DNA of 64,000 bases, taken from assembly GCA_963762145.1 (NCBI GenBank), contig CAVXJS010000014.1, positions 448,001 through 512,000 on the forward strand, given 5' to 3'. The stretch comes from an uncultured Candidatus Rokubacteria bacterium (GTDB lineage Bacteria; Methylomirabilota; Methylomirabilia; Rokubacteriales; CSP1-6). The position numbers were made by a program, and so were the translations under genes. Position 1 is the stretch's first letter. Every line of letters starts with the position of its first letter. Under the pieces are notes generated by a model that was given only the letters and a program-made list of their open reading frames with translations, searched no databases and was not told the DNA's origin. Positions 8,751 to 17,939 of the stretch are shown here, piece by piece.

Positions 8751-9859
8751 TGTCGGCCATCTCGGTCGAGCACCTGAGCCGCTGGTGGGGCCCCACCCGG
8801 GCGGTGGACGACGTGAGCTTCGCGGCCCCCGCCGGCAAGATGCTCGTTCTGCTGGGGCCGTCCGGCTGCGGCAAGTCCACCACGCTGCGGCTCATCGCGG
8901 GGCTCGAGGTCGCGACCGCCGGGCGCATCGCGATCGGCGGCGTGGACGTGACCCACCTGCCGCCGGCCGAGCGGGGCCTGTCCATGGTGTTCCAGTCCTA
9001 CGCGCTCTTTCCCCACCTCTCGGTGGCCGAGAACATCATCTTCGGCCTGCGGGTGCGGCGGGTGAACGCGGCCGAGCGCAGCACGCGCCTCGCCCGGGTG
9101 GCGGGCCTGCTGGGTCTCGACGGGCTGCTCGCCCGGAGACCGTCGCAGCTCTCGGGCGGACAGCAGCAGCGGGTGGCGCTCGGCCGCGCCCTGATCGCGG
9201 AGACGCCGGTGTGTCTGATGGACGAGCCGCTCTCGAACCTGGACGCCCAGCTCCGCCTCGAGATGCGCCGCGAGATCCGGCAGCTCCAGCAGGGCCTCGG
9301 CATCACCATGGTGTACGTGACGCACGACCAGACCGAGGCCATGAGCATGGCCGACCAGGTGATCCTGCTCCGCGACGGCCGGGTCGAGCAGGACGCCGCG
9401 CCCGATCTTCTCTACGCCCGGCCCGCCACCGCCTTCACGGCCCGCTTCATCGGCACCCCGCCCATGAACGTTCTCGCGCTCGCCGACGGGGCCGGCGGGG
9501 CGATCATCGCGGGAGCGGGCTCCGACGGGCCGCCGGTGCTCGGGGGGCGGGGCGCCGGCCTGCTGCTCGGGATCCGCCCCGAGGACGTGCGCCTGGACGC
9601 GGGGGCGGGCGCCGACGGGATGGCCGCGACCGTGAAGAGCGTGGAGTACCTCGGCGCCGATTCGATCGTGACCTGCGAGGTGGGGAGCGAGACTCTCGCG
9701 GTACGGGCGCCGGGGCGGGTCACGCGGGTTCCCGGCGCGCCCGTCCGCCTCTCGTGGAGCCCGGGCGCCACGCACGTGTTCGATGCCGAGAGCGGGCGCC
9801 GTCGCGACGACGCGGCCGCCGTTTCATCCATCACTCGAGAACGAGGAGGCCACTCATGA
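8750..9859 (+). CDS. CUT1 ABC transporter ATP-binding protein (UgpC/MalK-like)
   Basis: GPSGCGKST, LSGGQQQR, LMDEPLSNLD, YVTHDQ, TOBE-like tail. Confidence 0.95.
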   Translation: MSAISVEHLSRWWGPTRAVDDVSFAAPAGKMLVLLGPSGCGKSTTLRLIAGLEVATAGRIAIGGVDVTHLPPAERGLSMVFQSYALFPHLSVAENIIFGLRVRRVNAAERSTRLARVAGLLGLDGLLARRPSQLSGGQQQRVALGRALIAETPVCLMDEPLSNLDAQLRLEMRREIRQLQQGLGITMVYVTHDQTEAMSMADQVILLRDGRVEQDAAPDLLYARPATAFTARFIGTPPMNVLALADGAGGAIIAGAGSDGPPVLGGRGAGLLLGIRPEDVRLDAGAGADGMAATVKSVEYLGADSIVTCEVGSETLAVRAPGRVTRVPGAPVRLSWSPGATHVFDAESGRRRDDAAAVSSITRERGGHS

Positions 9860-11157
9860 CGAGACGCATGCTCGGATGGCTCACCGCGGCGCTCCTGCTC
9901 GCCGCCTTCGCGGGCGGCGCGGTCCCCGCGGGCGCCCAAGCCCCGGTGGAGCTCACCTTCTACTACCCGGTCGCGGTCGGCGGACCGGTGACGAAGATCA
10001 TCGATGGGCTCGCCGCCGACTTCGAGAAGGAGAACCCGGGCATCCGGGTGAAGCCGATCTACGCTGGCACCTACCAGGAGACGATCGTCAAGGTGCTCAC
10101 CGCGCTCAAGAGCGGCGAGCCGCCGCAGATGTCGGTGCTGCTCTCCACCGACATGTTCACGCTCATCGACGAGGACGCGATCGTCCCCTTCGACACGATG
10201 GCCACGAGCGCCGAGGACCAGGCCTGGCTCAAGAGCTTCTTCCCCGCCTTCATGCTCAACAGCCAGACCGGCGGCAAGACCTGGGGCATCCCGTTCCAGC
10301 GCTCCACCATCGTGCTGTACTGGAACAAGGAGGCCTTCAAGGAGGCCGGCCTCGACCCGAACAAGCCGCCCGCCACCTGGGCCGAGCAGGTCGAGTACGC
10401 GCGCAAGCTCACCAAGCGGGACGCGGGCGGAAACGTCAGCCAGTGGGGACTCGAGGTGCCCTCGTCCGGCTTCCCGTACTGGCTCTTCCAGGGCTTCACG
10501 ACCCAGAACGACGTGCTCCTGATGAACCAGGCGGGCAACGAGACGTACTACGACAAGCCGGCGGTGGTGGAAGCGCTCCAGTACTGGGTGGATCTGAGCG
10601 CCAAGCACAAGGTCATGCCCACCGGGATCATCGAATGGGGCACCACCCCGAAGGACTTCTTCGAGCGCAAGACCGCCATGATGTGGACGACCACCGGCAA
10701 CCTCACCAACGTGAAGAACAACGCCAAGTTCGAGTTCGGCGTCGCGATGCTGCCCGCGGGCAAGCGGCGCGGCTCGCCGACCGGCGGCGGCAATTTCCAC
10801 ATCTTCAAGAAGAGCACGCCCGCCCAGCAGACCGCCTCGCTCCGCTTCATCAAGTGGATCACGTCGCCTCAGCGCGCCGCGCAGTGGGGTATCGACACCG
10901 GCTACGTGGCGGTGCGCCCCGACGCGTGGGAGACGCCCGCGATGAAGCAGTACGTGGCGGGCTTCGCGGCCGCCGCGGTGGCGCGCGATCAGCTCCCGCA
11001 CGCGGTGGCCGAGCTGTCGACCCACGACAACCAGCGCGTGACCAAGGCGCTGAACGATGGGCTGCAGGCCGCGCTCACCGGCGCGAAGGCGCCCGAGCAG
11101 GCGATGAAGGACGCGCAGCGCGAGGCCGACCGCATCTTGCGCCCGTATCGGCGGTGA
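9856..11157 (+). CDS. CUT1 ABC substrate-binding protein (UgpB-like)
   Basis: Signal peptide; PFQRSTIVLYWNKEAF, SPTGGG and W..DTGY motifs. Confidence 0.9.
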   Translation: MTRRMLGWLTAALLLAAFAGGAVPAGAQAPVELTFYYPVAVGGPVTKIIDGLAADFEKENPGIRVKPIYAGTYQETIVKVLTALKSGEPPQMSVLLSTDMFTLIDEDAIVPFDTMATSAEDQAWLKSFFPAFMLNSQTGGKTWGIPFQRSTIVLYWNKEAFKEAGLDPNKPPATWAEQVEYARKLTKRDAGGNVSQWGLEVPSSGFPYWLFQGFTTQNDVLLMNQAGNETYYDKPAVVEALQYWVDLSAKHKVMPTGIIEWGTTPKDFFERKTAMMWTTTGNLTNVKNNAKFEFGVAMLPAGKRRGSPTGGGNFHIFKKSTPAQQTASLRFIKWITSPQRAAQWGIDTGYVAVRPDAWETPAMKQYVAGFAAAAVARDQLPHAVAELSTHDNQRVTKALNDGLQAALTGAKAPEQAMKDAQREADRILRPYRR

Positions 11158-11194
11158 GGGGCGCGCGGCGGAGGTCGAGCGTGCTCATCGTCTG

Positions 11195-12073
11195 ATGTCG
11201 CCCGCGTGGCGGGTGCACGTGATCGGGTGGCTGCTGCTGCTGCCCGCCGCGGTGCTGCTGGTGGCGTTCACGCACTATCCGGTGGCCGCGACCATCTACA
11301 CGAGCCTGTTCTCGAACCCGAAGGCGGGGCGGGCCGCGGTGTGGGTGGGGCTCGACAACTATCAGGCGATGGTCGAGGATCCGGTGTTCTGGCAGGCGCT
11401 GGGAAACAACCTCTGGTTCGCGCTGGGCACGATTCCGGTCTCGGTGGCCCTGGCCCTGCTGATGGCGGTGTGGGTGAACGGGCGGATCGCGGGGCGGGGA
11501 CTCCTGCGCCTGGCCTTCTTCACGCCGACGGTGCTGCCGATGATCGCGGTGGCGAATATCTGGCTCTTCTTCTACACCCCGGGCTACGGCCTGCTCGAGC
11601 AGATCACCGGGCTCGTCGGCCTGCCGAGCCACAACTGGCTCGGCAGCCGCGAGACCGCGCTGGGCTGCCTGGTGGTGGTGACGGTGTGGAAGGAGGCGGG
11701 CTTCTTCATGATCTTCTACCTGGCCGCGCTCCAGTCGCTCTCGCCGAGCCTGGGCGAGGCGGCGTCCCTCATGGGCGCGAGCCGGTGGTACTTCTTCCGC
11801 CGGGTGACGTTTCCCCTGCTGATGCCGACCACGCTCTTCGTGCTGGTCAACGCGGTGATCAACTCGTTCCGCCTCGTGGATCACATCGTGGTGATGACGA
11901 AGGGCGGCCCCGACAACACCACCGCGCTCCTCCTGTATTACATCTACGACGTGGGCTTCAAGTTCTGGGATCAGGCCTATGCGGCCGCGCTGACCCTGGT
12001 GCTGCTGGTGATCCTCGCCGCGGTGGCGCTCGGGCAGTTCGTGCTGCTGGACCGCCGGGTGCACTACCAGTGA
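11195..12073 (+). CDS. CUT1 ABC permease (UgpA-like)
   Basis: Hydrophobic segments, VGLDNY, EAA loop EAASLMGAS, TKGGP. Confidence 0.92.
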   Translation: MSPAWRVHVIGWLLLLPAAVLLVAFTHYPVAATIYTSLFSNPKAGRAAVWVGLDNYQAMVEDPVFWQALGNNLWFALGTIPVSVALALLMAVWVNGRIAGRGLLRLAFFTPTVLPMIAVANIWLFFYTPGYGLLEQITGLVGLPSHNWLGSRETALGCLVVVTVWKEAGFFMIFYLAALQSLSPSLGEAASLMGASRWYFFRRVTFPLLMPTTLFVLVNAVINSFRLVDHIVVMTKGGPDNTTALLLYYIYDVGFKFWDQAYAAALTLVLLVILAAVALGQFVLLDRRVHYQ

Positions 12074-12879
12074 CGCGGCCCGGTCGCGCGCTCGAGACGG
12101 CGGGGGCCTGGCTGCTCGGCGTGCTCTGGGTCCTGCCACTGGCCTACGCGGTGTGGACCGCGTTCCACCCGGCGGAGTTCTCGACGCGCTTCGTGCCGAC
12201 CGCGCCGCTCACCCTCGAGAACTTCGTCAACGCGTGGGCGGCCGCGCCGTTCGCCCGCTACTTCGTCAACACCGTCGCGCTGGTCACCATGATCCTGGCC
12301 GCGCAGCTCGTGCTCTGCACGCTCGCGGCCTACGCCTTCGCGCGCTTCGCCTTCGCGGGCCGCTCGCTGGCGTTCCTGCTCGTGCTGGTGCAGCTCATGA
12401 TCATGCCGGACGTGCTCATCGTGGAGAACTACCGGACCATGAGCCGCCTCGGCATCCTCGACACGCTGGCCGCCATCGGCCTGCCCTACATGGCCTCGGC
12501 GTTCGGCATCTTCCTGCTGCGTCAGACCTTCAAGACGGTGCCGAAGGAGCTGGATGAGGCCGCGCGCGTCGAGGGCGCCGGGCCGCTGGAGGTCCTGTGG
12601 CGGGTCTACGTGCCGCTCGCGAAGCCGGTGTACATCGCCTACGGGCTGGTCTCGGTCAGCTACCACTGGAACAACTTCCTGTGGCCGCTCATCGTCACCA
12701 ACTCCGTGCAGTCACGCCCCCTGACGGTGGGGCTTCAGGTCTTCTCCTCGGTGGATCAGGGGGTGGACTGGTCCATCATCACCGCCGCGACCCTGATGAC
12801 CTCCGGCCCCCTGCTGGTCGCGTTCCTGCTCTTCCAGCGCCAGTTCGTGCAGAGCTTCATGCGCGCGGGCATCCGGTGA
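12070..12879 (+). CDS. CUT1 ABC permease (UgpE-like)
   Basis: GTGA overlap; FLLRQTF..PKELDEAARVEGA, WNNFLWPL. Confidence 0.92.
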   Translation: MTRPGRALETAGAWLLGVLWVLPLAYAVWTAFHPAEFSTRFVPTAPLTLENFVNAWAAAPFARYFVNTVALVTMILAAQLVLCTLAAYAFARFAFAGRSLAFLLVLVQLMIMPDVLIVENYRTMSRLGILDTLAAIGLPYMASAFGIFLLRQTFKTVPKELDEAARVEGAGPLEVLWRVYVPLAKPVYIAYGLVSVSYHWNNFLWPLIVTNSVQSRPLTVGLQVFSSVDQGVDWSIITAATLMTSGPLLVAFLLFQRQFVQSFMRAGIR

Positions 12880-12895
12880 CGCGGATCGCGCGGGC

Positions 12896-14929
12896 CTAGC
12901 GCGGGTTGGGGGCGCCGCCCCGGTCCTGCCCCCCGCGATCCTGGCCGGTGCCGCGCTCGGGAGCGCCCTTGCCCTGCGGCTGCGGTTCCACGCGGTGCGG
13001 AGCGGGCGTGCTCTGGCGCGCGCGGGGTGGGGCGTTCTGGACCGCGGGAGCCGGCGGCGACCCGGGTGGAACCGCGGCCGGAGCCGGCCGAACGCCGGGC
13101 GCGGTGGGGGCGGCCGGAGCTGCCGGCGCGCCTTGCGGTGCCGGGGCGCCCTGCGGTACAGGGGCGGCCACCGGAGGGGCGGGCGCGCCCTGCGTACTCG
13201 GCGCGGGCGGCGTCACCGGCGGCTGCTGGGCCGGCGCCGGAACCCGGGCGGCATCGGGCGGGACGGTCTGACGCGGGCCCCGTTCGCCGCGCGAGCGTCC
13301 GCGCTGGCCGTCATCAGGTGTCGCGCGGCCGGCGCCGGCCGCGGGCGCCGGGGCGGCAGCGCCCGCGCCCGGTGTCGGCATCGCAGTCGCCGCCGGCGGC
13401 GTCACGCGAGCGGGCGCCGGCACGATGCGCTGCTGTGGCTGCGGGGCGGTCGCGGCCGCCGCGGCGCCCAGACCCTGCTCGCGTAGCACCGGCGCCGTGT
13501 CCACGGGCGGTCGCGTCGCCACCACCGGCCGCGCGCGGATCGCATCCGGCGGGCGCGTGGCGGCGGCAGTCGCGCTCCCGGTGACGCTGGCCGCGACCGG
13601 CCGCACATCGAGAGCGCCGCGCACCGGCGTGAGCTGGCGCGCCTCGGCGGCGTCGGCGAGGCGGACCGGGCGCACCACACCCTGGCCGAACCGGTCGGCG
13701 GGGACGCCCACCACTGCATTGGTCACGTTCACGTTGCGGTAGACGTTGATGGTGTTGACGTTCACGGTCGTGTTGCGGTTGATGACGACGTTGTTCACCA
13801 CGCGCGGGCCGCCCCAGCCGCCCCACCAGGCGGCGCCGACATAGCGCGGCCCGCCCCACCAGCGGATCACCGGCTCCCCCCAGCCGAGCGGAGCCCAGTA
13901 GAGCGGTCGCCCCACGACAACCGGTCCGCCGAGGAAGACCACCAGCGCGGGCGAATAGACGGGCCGCACGATGATCGGGCCCGGCGCCCACGCCCAGTAG
14001 CTGCCGACGAAGACCCAGCGGCCGTGGTGATAGGGCGCCCAGCCCCAGGGCGCATCGTCGAGCCACGTCCAGCCGAAGCGGGGGTCCCAGATCCAGCGAC
14101 CGGTGGAGTAGGGGGACCAGCCCGGGGCCACCCCGGCGGGGACCCACACGCTGCCGTAGCTCTCGACCGTGCGCCAGCTCCCGTGCTGATCGAGGGCCTC
14201 CGCACCGTAGACGCCGGCCGGGAGCTGCTTGGCGCTGGCGGGCTGCGTGAGGTAATCGCTCCGCTGATAGTTCCAGCGATCCCACGCGGTCAGCGCGGGC
14301 GGCGCGGTCGTCTCGACGCGCGGCGAATCACCGGTGGTGATCACCATCTGCTGATTCGCCGCCACCGCCGTCGCGGTGCCTCCGGACGGCGTCATGACCG
14401 CGCTGCCGCTGCGGTAGGTCCGGAACGCCGTCGTGTCCGGCCTGACCTCGGTGTGGTAGTACCCGGGGCGCTCCATCGTGAACGCCCCGCCGGGCGTCGC
14501 GAGCTCCACCGTGTGGCCGGGCGCGAGCTCGCGGAGATCGAGGGAGGCATAGCCCGACGTGACGCGGAGCTGGATGAAGTCGGGCTCCTGGTTGTCGAGA
14601 CCGATCTGGGCGCCATAGGCCGCGCGGGCGAAGGCGCGCGGGCCGATCTGGATCTCCACGTTGCCGGCCGGACCGGCGTAGAGGACGTCGCCCGGCGCCA
14701 GGGGCATGTTGAGCGCGGCGGGGGTCCAGTCCGCGGCCCCAGGCCGCCAGAACGAGACCTCGCCGTGCAGATAGCTGACGCGCGGCGGGGTCACCTCCTG
14801 GGCGTCGGCCGTGGGCTCGGGGGGCGGGGGACCAGGGGGAGGCGGAGGGCTCGAGCTGCCCGTCCAAGCGGACGGCGCGGCGCCCAGGACCATCAACAAC
14901 GCCAGCAATCCCGCGAGGATCCGTTGCAT
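12896..14929 (-). CDS. Exported DUF6600/FecR-like protein with aromatic WxPY repeats, Asn/Val-rich segment and long Pro/Ala-rich tail
   Basis: Signal peptide MQRILAGLLALLMVLGAAPSAW; RVSYLHGEVSF...W..A..N.PL..GD; YG.VWVP, WSPYSTGRW, GWTWL..PWGWAPYHHGRW. Confidence 0.85.
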   Translation of the reverse strand: MQRILAGLLALLMVLGAAPSAWTGSSSPPPPPGPPPPEPTADAQEVTPPRVSYLHGEVSFWRPGAADWTPAALNMPLAPGDVLYAGPAGNVEIQIGPRAFARAAYGAQIGLDNQEPDFIQLRVTSGYASLDLRELAPGHTVELATPGGAFTMERPGYYHTEVRPDTTAFRTYRSGSAVMTPSGGTATAVAANQQMVITTGDSPRVETTAPPALTAWDRWNYQRSDYLTQPASAKQLPAGVYGAEALDQHGSWRTVESYGSVWVPAGVAPGWSPYSTGRWIWDPRFGWTWLDDAPWGWAPYHHGRWVFVGSYWAWAPGPIIVRPVYSPALVVFLGGPVVVGRPLYWAPLGWGEPVIRWWGGPRYVGAAWWGGWGGPRVVNNVVINRNTTVNVNTINVYRNVNVTNAVVGVPADRFGQGVVRPVRLADAAEARQLTPVRGALDVRPVAASVTGSATAAATRPPDAIRARPVVATRPPVDTAPVLREQGLGAAAAATAPQPQQRIVPAPARVTPPAATAMPTPGAGAAAPAPAAGAGRATPDDGQRGRSRGERGPRQTVPPDAARVPAPAQQPPVTPPAPSTQGAPAPPVAAPVPQGAPAPQGAPAAPAAPTAPGVRPAPAAVPPGSPPAPAVQNAPPRARQSTPAPHRVEPQPQGKGAPERGTGQDRGGQDRGGAPNPR

Positions 14930-15002
14930 CGCTCGCATCGTACTGATCATCGTATCAGATGGAGTTAATGCGTCCCGGGCGATATGCTGGAATCGTTGTA
15001 GA

Positions 15003-15031
15003 TGTAAATGAAGGTGGGCCAACGCCCGTCA
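15003..15031 (+). promoter_or_regulatory. Putative ECF-sigma promoter
   Basis: tGTAAAT-N17-CGTCa upstream of GAGG SD and ATG 15045. Confidence 0.4.
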
Positions 15032-15044
15032 GAGTGAGGCAGCC

Positions 15045-15401
15045 ATGAGAAAGACCCTGCTGGTCCTGCTGCTCGCGTTCGCGGTGCTCGCGACCGCCGT
15101 CACGCCGGGCGATGCCGGCTGGCGAGGCGGCGTCTTCGTCGGCGTCGGCCCCTACTGGGGGCCCTATCCGTACCCGTACTACTACTACCCGCCACCGCCG
15201 GCTTACTACGTCTACCGCCCACCCGCCGTCGTGGTGGAGCAGGCGCCGGTGTACGTCGAGCGGCCGCCGGTAGAGCAGCCCGCGCCCCCGGCGGCGGCGT
15301 CCACCGCGTACTGGTACTACTGCGAGAGCGCCCGGGGATACTACCCGACGGTGCCGAGCTGCGCGGAGGAGTGGATCAAGGTTCCGGAGCGGCCGCGATG
15401 A
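15045..15401 (+). CDS. Small exported Tyr/Pro-rich protein with C-terminal YWYYC...GYYP.V..C...W motif
   Basis: Signal peptide; PYPYPYYYYPPPP; two Cys in the C-terminal motif; ATGA overlap with the next gene. Confidence 0.8.
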   Translation: MRKTLLVLLLAFAVLATAVTPGDAGWRGGVFVGVGPYWGPYPYPYYYYPPPPAYYVYRPPAVVVEQAPVYVERPPVEQPAPPAAASTAYWYYCESARGYYPTVPSCAEEWIKVPERPR

Positions 15402-15973
15402 CCCCGGTCGCGCGCGGAACGGTCGCGGCGGTGCTGGCCGTCGCCCTTGTGAGCGGCTGCGCCACCGTGCCGCAGGGTCCGAGTGTCATGGTGCTGCCCG
15501 GCAGCACGAAGAGCTTCGAGCAGTTCCAGGTCGATGACGCCGCCTGCCGCCAGTGGGCCTCGCACCAGATCGGCACCACGGCGGACAGGACCGCGACGGA
15601 CAGTACGGTCGGGGGCGCAGTGATCGGTACCCTGGTCGGCGCCGCCGCCGGCGCGGCCCTCGGGGCTGCGGCGGGCAATGCCGGCGTAGGCGCGGCGGCC
15701 GGCGCGGGCGTCGGCCTGCTCGGCGGTACCGCAGTCGGGGCGAGCCGCGGAGACGCCTACGGCGGCTCGGTGCAGCGCCGGTACGACATGAGCTACACGC
15801 AGTGCATGTACGCCAAGGGCAACCAGGTGCCGGGCGCGCGCGGCTCGCGGGTGCAGCAGCAACCGGCGTACTCTCCGGCTCCGCCGCCCCCACCTCCGCC
15901 GCCACCGGCGAACTCCGTATCGCCCACGATCCCGCCGCCACCGCCGGGACCGCCGCCGCCCCCCACCCGCTAG
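15398..15973 (+). CDS. Glycine-zipper lipoprotein
   Basis: Lipobox LVSGC; GPSVMVLPG..KSF; GxxxG zipper GAVIGTLVGAAAGAALGAAAG...; YD.SY.QCMYAKG; poly-Pro tail. Confidence 0.88.
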   Translation: MTPVARGTVAAVLAVALVSGCATVPQGPSVMVLPGSTKSFEQFQVDDAACRQWASHQIGTTADRTATDSTVGGAVIGTLVGAAAGAALGAAAGNAGVGAAAGAGVGLLGGTAVGASRGDAYGGSVQRRYDMSYTQCMYAKGNQVPGARGSRVQQQPAYSPAPPPPPPPPPANSVSPTIPPPPPGPPPPPTR

Positions 15974-16034
15974 TTACGCCCGCGCGTCGCGCGAGCGCGA
16001 ACCCGCTCTCGCGTCGACGCGCGGCCGTTCCTCG

Positions 16035-16424
16035 CTACGGACGGCGGGGAGGCGGTGGGGGAGGCGGCACCGTCGCGCTGCCGGCGGGCACCCACACCCA
16101 GTAGTAAGGCGACGACGACGTGCCGTCACCGTAGAGCTGATACCGGCCGTCGGTCGCCGCGGTCGCCACGCGCGTCGGCGGAAGCGCGGGCGGTGCGGGT
16201 GGATTCGTGCCGGCCGGGATCCACACCCAGTAATACGGCGCCGAAGTCGTGCCGTCGCCGTAGAGCTGATACTTGCCGTTGGAGTACTCGACCGTCCGCG
16301 GCCCAGGCGCGCCGAGGACCGCGCCGGTGGTCGGGGGATAGGCCGGGTCCTGTATGGCGCAGCCGGAGAGAACGCCGACCGCGAGGGTTGCGGGAACGAG
16401 AATTCGTGTGATCGCCCGATGCAT
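16035..16424 (-). CDS. Lipoprotein with two internal GxYQLYGDGT...PYYWVWxPAG repeats
   Basis: GGGAGG SD; lipobox VLSGC; duplicated ~23-aa unit; Pro-rich linker and tail. Confidence 0.8.
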   Translation of the reverse strand: MHRAITRILVPATLAVGVLSGCAIQDPAYPPTTGAVLGAPGPRTVEYSNGKYQLYGDGTTSAPYYWVWIPAGTNPPAPPALPPTRVATAATDGRYQLYGDGTSSSPYYWVWVPAGSATVPPPPPPPRRP

Positions 16425-16451
16425 GATGGATCCTCCCTGCCCGACCGACGG

Positions 16452-16467
16452 AGCATTCCGTGTGCCA
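16452..16467 (-). promoter_or_regulatory. Putative sigma54 (-24/-12) promoter
   Basis: TGGCACACGGAATGCT (GG-N10-GC), correctly placed before the SD; IHF-like AATCACACGCTTT at 16484-16496. Confidence 0.65.
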
Positions 16468-16598
16468 TGCGAATCCGCCACGAAATCACACGCTTTTCGC
16501 GGGCGACGCGCGCCGGCGCCCGGGAGAATCTACCGGGCAAGCCTTACCGGATTCTGTCACTGGCGACCGCCCGTGGAATCGGCTAGCATCCCTCTGCC

Positions 16599-17939
16599 AT
16601 GACCCGGGACGAGCTGAAACGGAAGGTGTTCGCGGCGATCGATCGGCGCGCCGAGGAGATCGTCGGCCTCGGCGAGCGCATCCGCAAGCAGCCGGAGATG
16701 GGATTCAAGGAAGTGAAGACGGCGGCGCTCGTCGAGGCGGCCCTCGGCCGTCTCGGCATGTCGCCCCGGACCGGTCTCGCGATGACCGGCGTGCGCGGGG
16801 ACGCCCAGGGTCGCGCGGGCGACGGGCCGACCTTCGCCCTGATCGGCGAGCTTGACGGCCTGCGGGTGACCGGGCATCCGGAGGCCGATCCGCAAACCGG
16901 CGCGGCCCACGCGTGCGGCCACAACGCGCAGGTCGCGGGGATGCTCGGCGCTGCGATGGGCCTCGTGGACGCGGGCGCCTTCGATCACCTCGCGGGCCGC
17001 CTGGTCTTCTTCGCGGTGCCCGCCGAGGAGGGCGGCGACATCGAGTGGCGCCAGGCGCAGATCCGGGCCGGCCGGCTCGAGTTTCCCTGCGGCAAGCAGG
17101 AGCTGATGCGCCTCGGGCACTTCGACGACGTGGACCTGGCCATGATGATCCACACCAACTGGCGCGCGGAGGACGGCAAGGCGGGCGTGCCCGCGTCCAA
17201 CAACGGCCGCGTCGGCAAGACCGCGCGCTTCGTGGGCCGCGCGGCCCACGCCGGCGGCGCGCCTCACATGGGGGTCAACGCGCTCTACGCGGCGCAGGTC
17301 GCGCTGGCCGGCATCAACGCGGTCCGCGAGACGTTCCGCGACGAGGACTCGATCCGGGTGCATCCGATCCTCACCCACGGCGGCTCGCAGGTGAACGTGA
17401 TCCCGGGCGAGGCGCGGCTCGAGATGTACGTGCGCGGCAAGACCGCCGAAGGAGTGAGCGACGCCAGTCGCAAGGTCGATCGCGCGCTCCGGGCGGGCGC
17501 CCTCGCCCTGGGCGCGCGGGTGGAGATCGACACCCTGCCCGGACCGATGCCGCTTCTCTGCGACCGCGCGATGGCCCGGCTCTTCGAGGAGACCGCTCGC
17601 GGCCTGGTGGGCCCCGAGCACTACCGCGACATCCCGCATCGCTCCGGCTCGACGGACATGGGCGACCTGAGCCAGGTGATGCCGGTGCTGCATCCCTACA
17701 TGGGTGGCGCCCGGGGACCCGGCCACTCGGCCGACTTCGCGATCGTGGATCCGGAGCTGGGCTACGTGCAGCCGGCCAAGGCGCTCGCCGCGATGGCGGT
17801 GGACCTGCTCGCCGCCGGCGCCGCGGGCGCGCGCGAGGTGCTCGCGGGGCCGCGGCCCCCCATGACCCGCCAGGGCTACCTGGCCTTCCAGCGCGGTATC
17901 GCCCGCCGCGAGCTCTACGACGGAGGAGACCCGACATGA
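16599..17939 (+). CDS. M20/M25/M40 family amidohydrolase (ACY1L2-like)
   Basis: GELDGL, HACGH, PAEEG, AAHAG and GSTDMG motifs. Confidence 0.92.
   Translation: MTRDELKRKVFAAIDRRAEEIVGLGERIRKQPEMGFKEVKTAALVEAALGRLGMSPRTGLAMTGVRGDAQGRAGDGPTFALIGELDGLRVTGHPEADPQTGAAHACGHNAQVAGMLGAAMGLVDAGAFDHLAGRLVFFAVPAEEGGDIEWRQAQIRAGRLEFPCGKQELMRLGHFDDVDLAMMIHTNWRAEDGKAGVPASNNGRVGKTARFVGRAAHAGGAPHMGVNALYAAQVALAGINAVRETFRDEDSIRVHPILTHGGSQVNVIPGEARLEMYVRGKTAEGVSDASRKVDRALRAGALALGARVEIDTLPGPMPLLCDRAMARLFEETARGLVGPEHYRDIPHRSGSTDMGDLSQVMPVLHPYMGGARGPGHSADFAIVDPELGYVQPAKALAAMAVDLLAAGAAGAREVLAGPRPPMTRQGYLAFQRGIARRELYDGGDPT

Noticed and set aside
12900-13500. Tandem DNA repeat or CRISPR-like array in the GC-rich stretch
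   Set aside because: The repetitiveness comes from the Pro/Ala-rich coding tail (PQGAPAP units); there is no repeat-spacer periodicity
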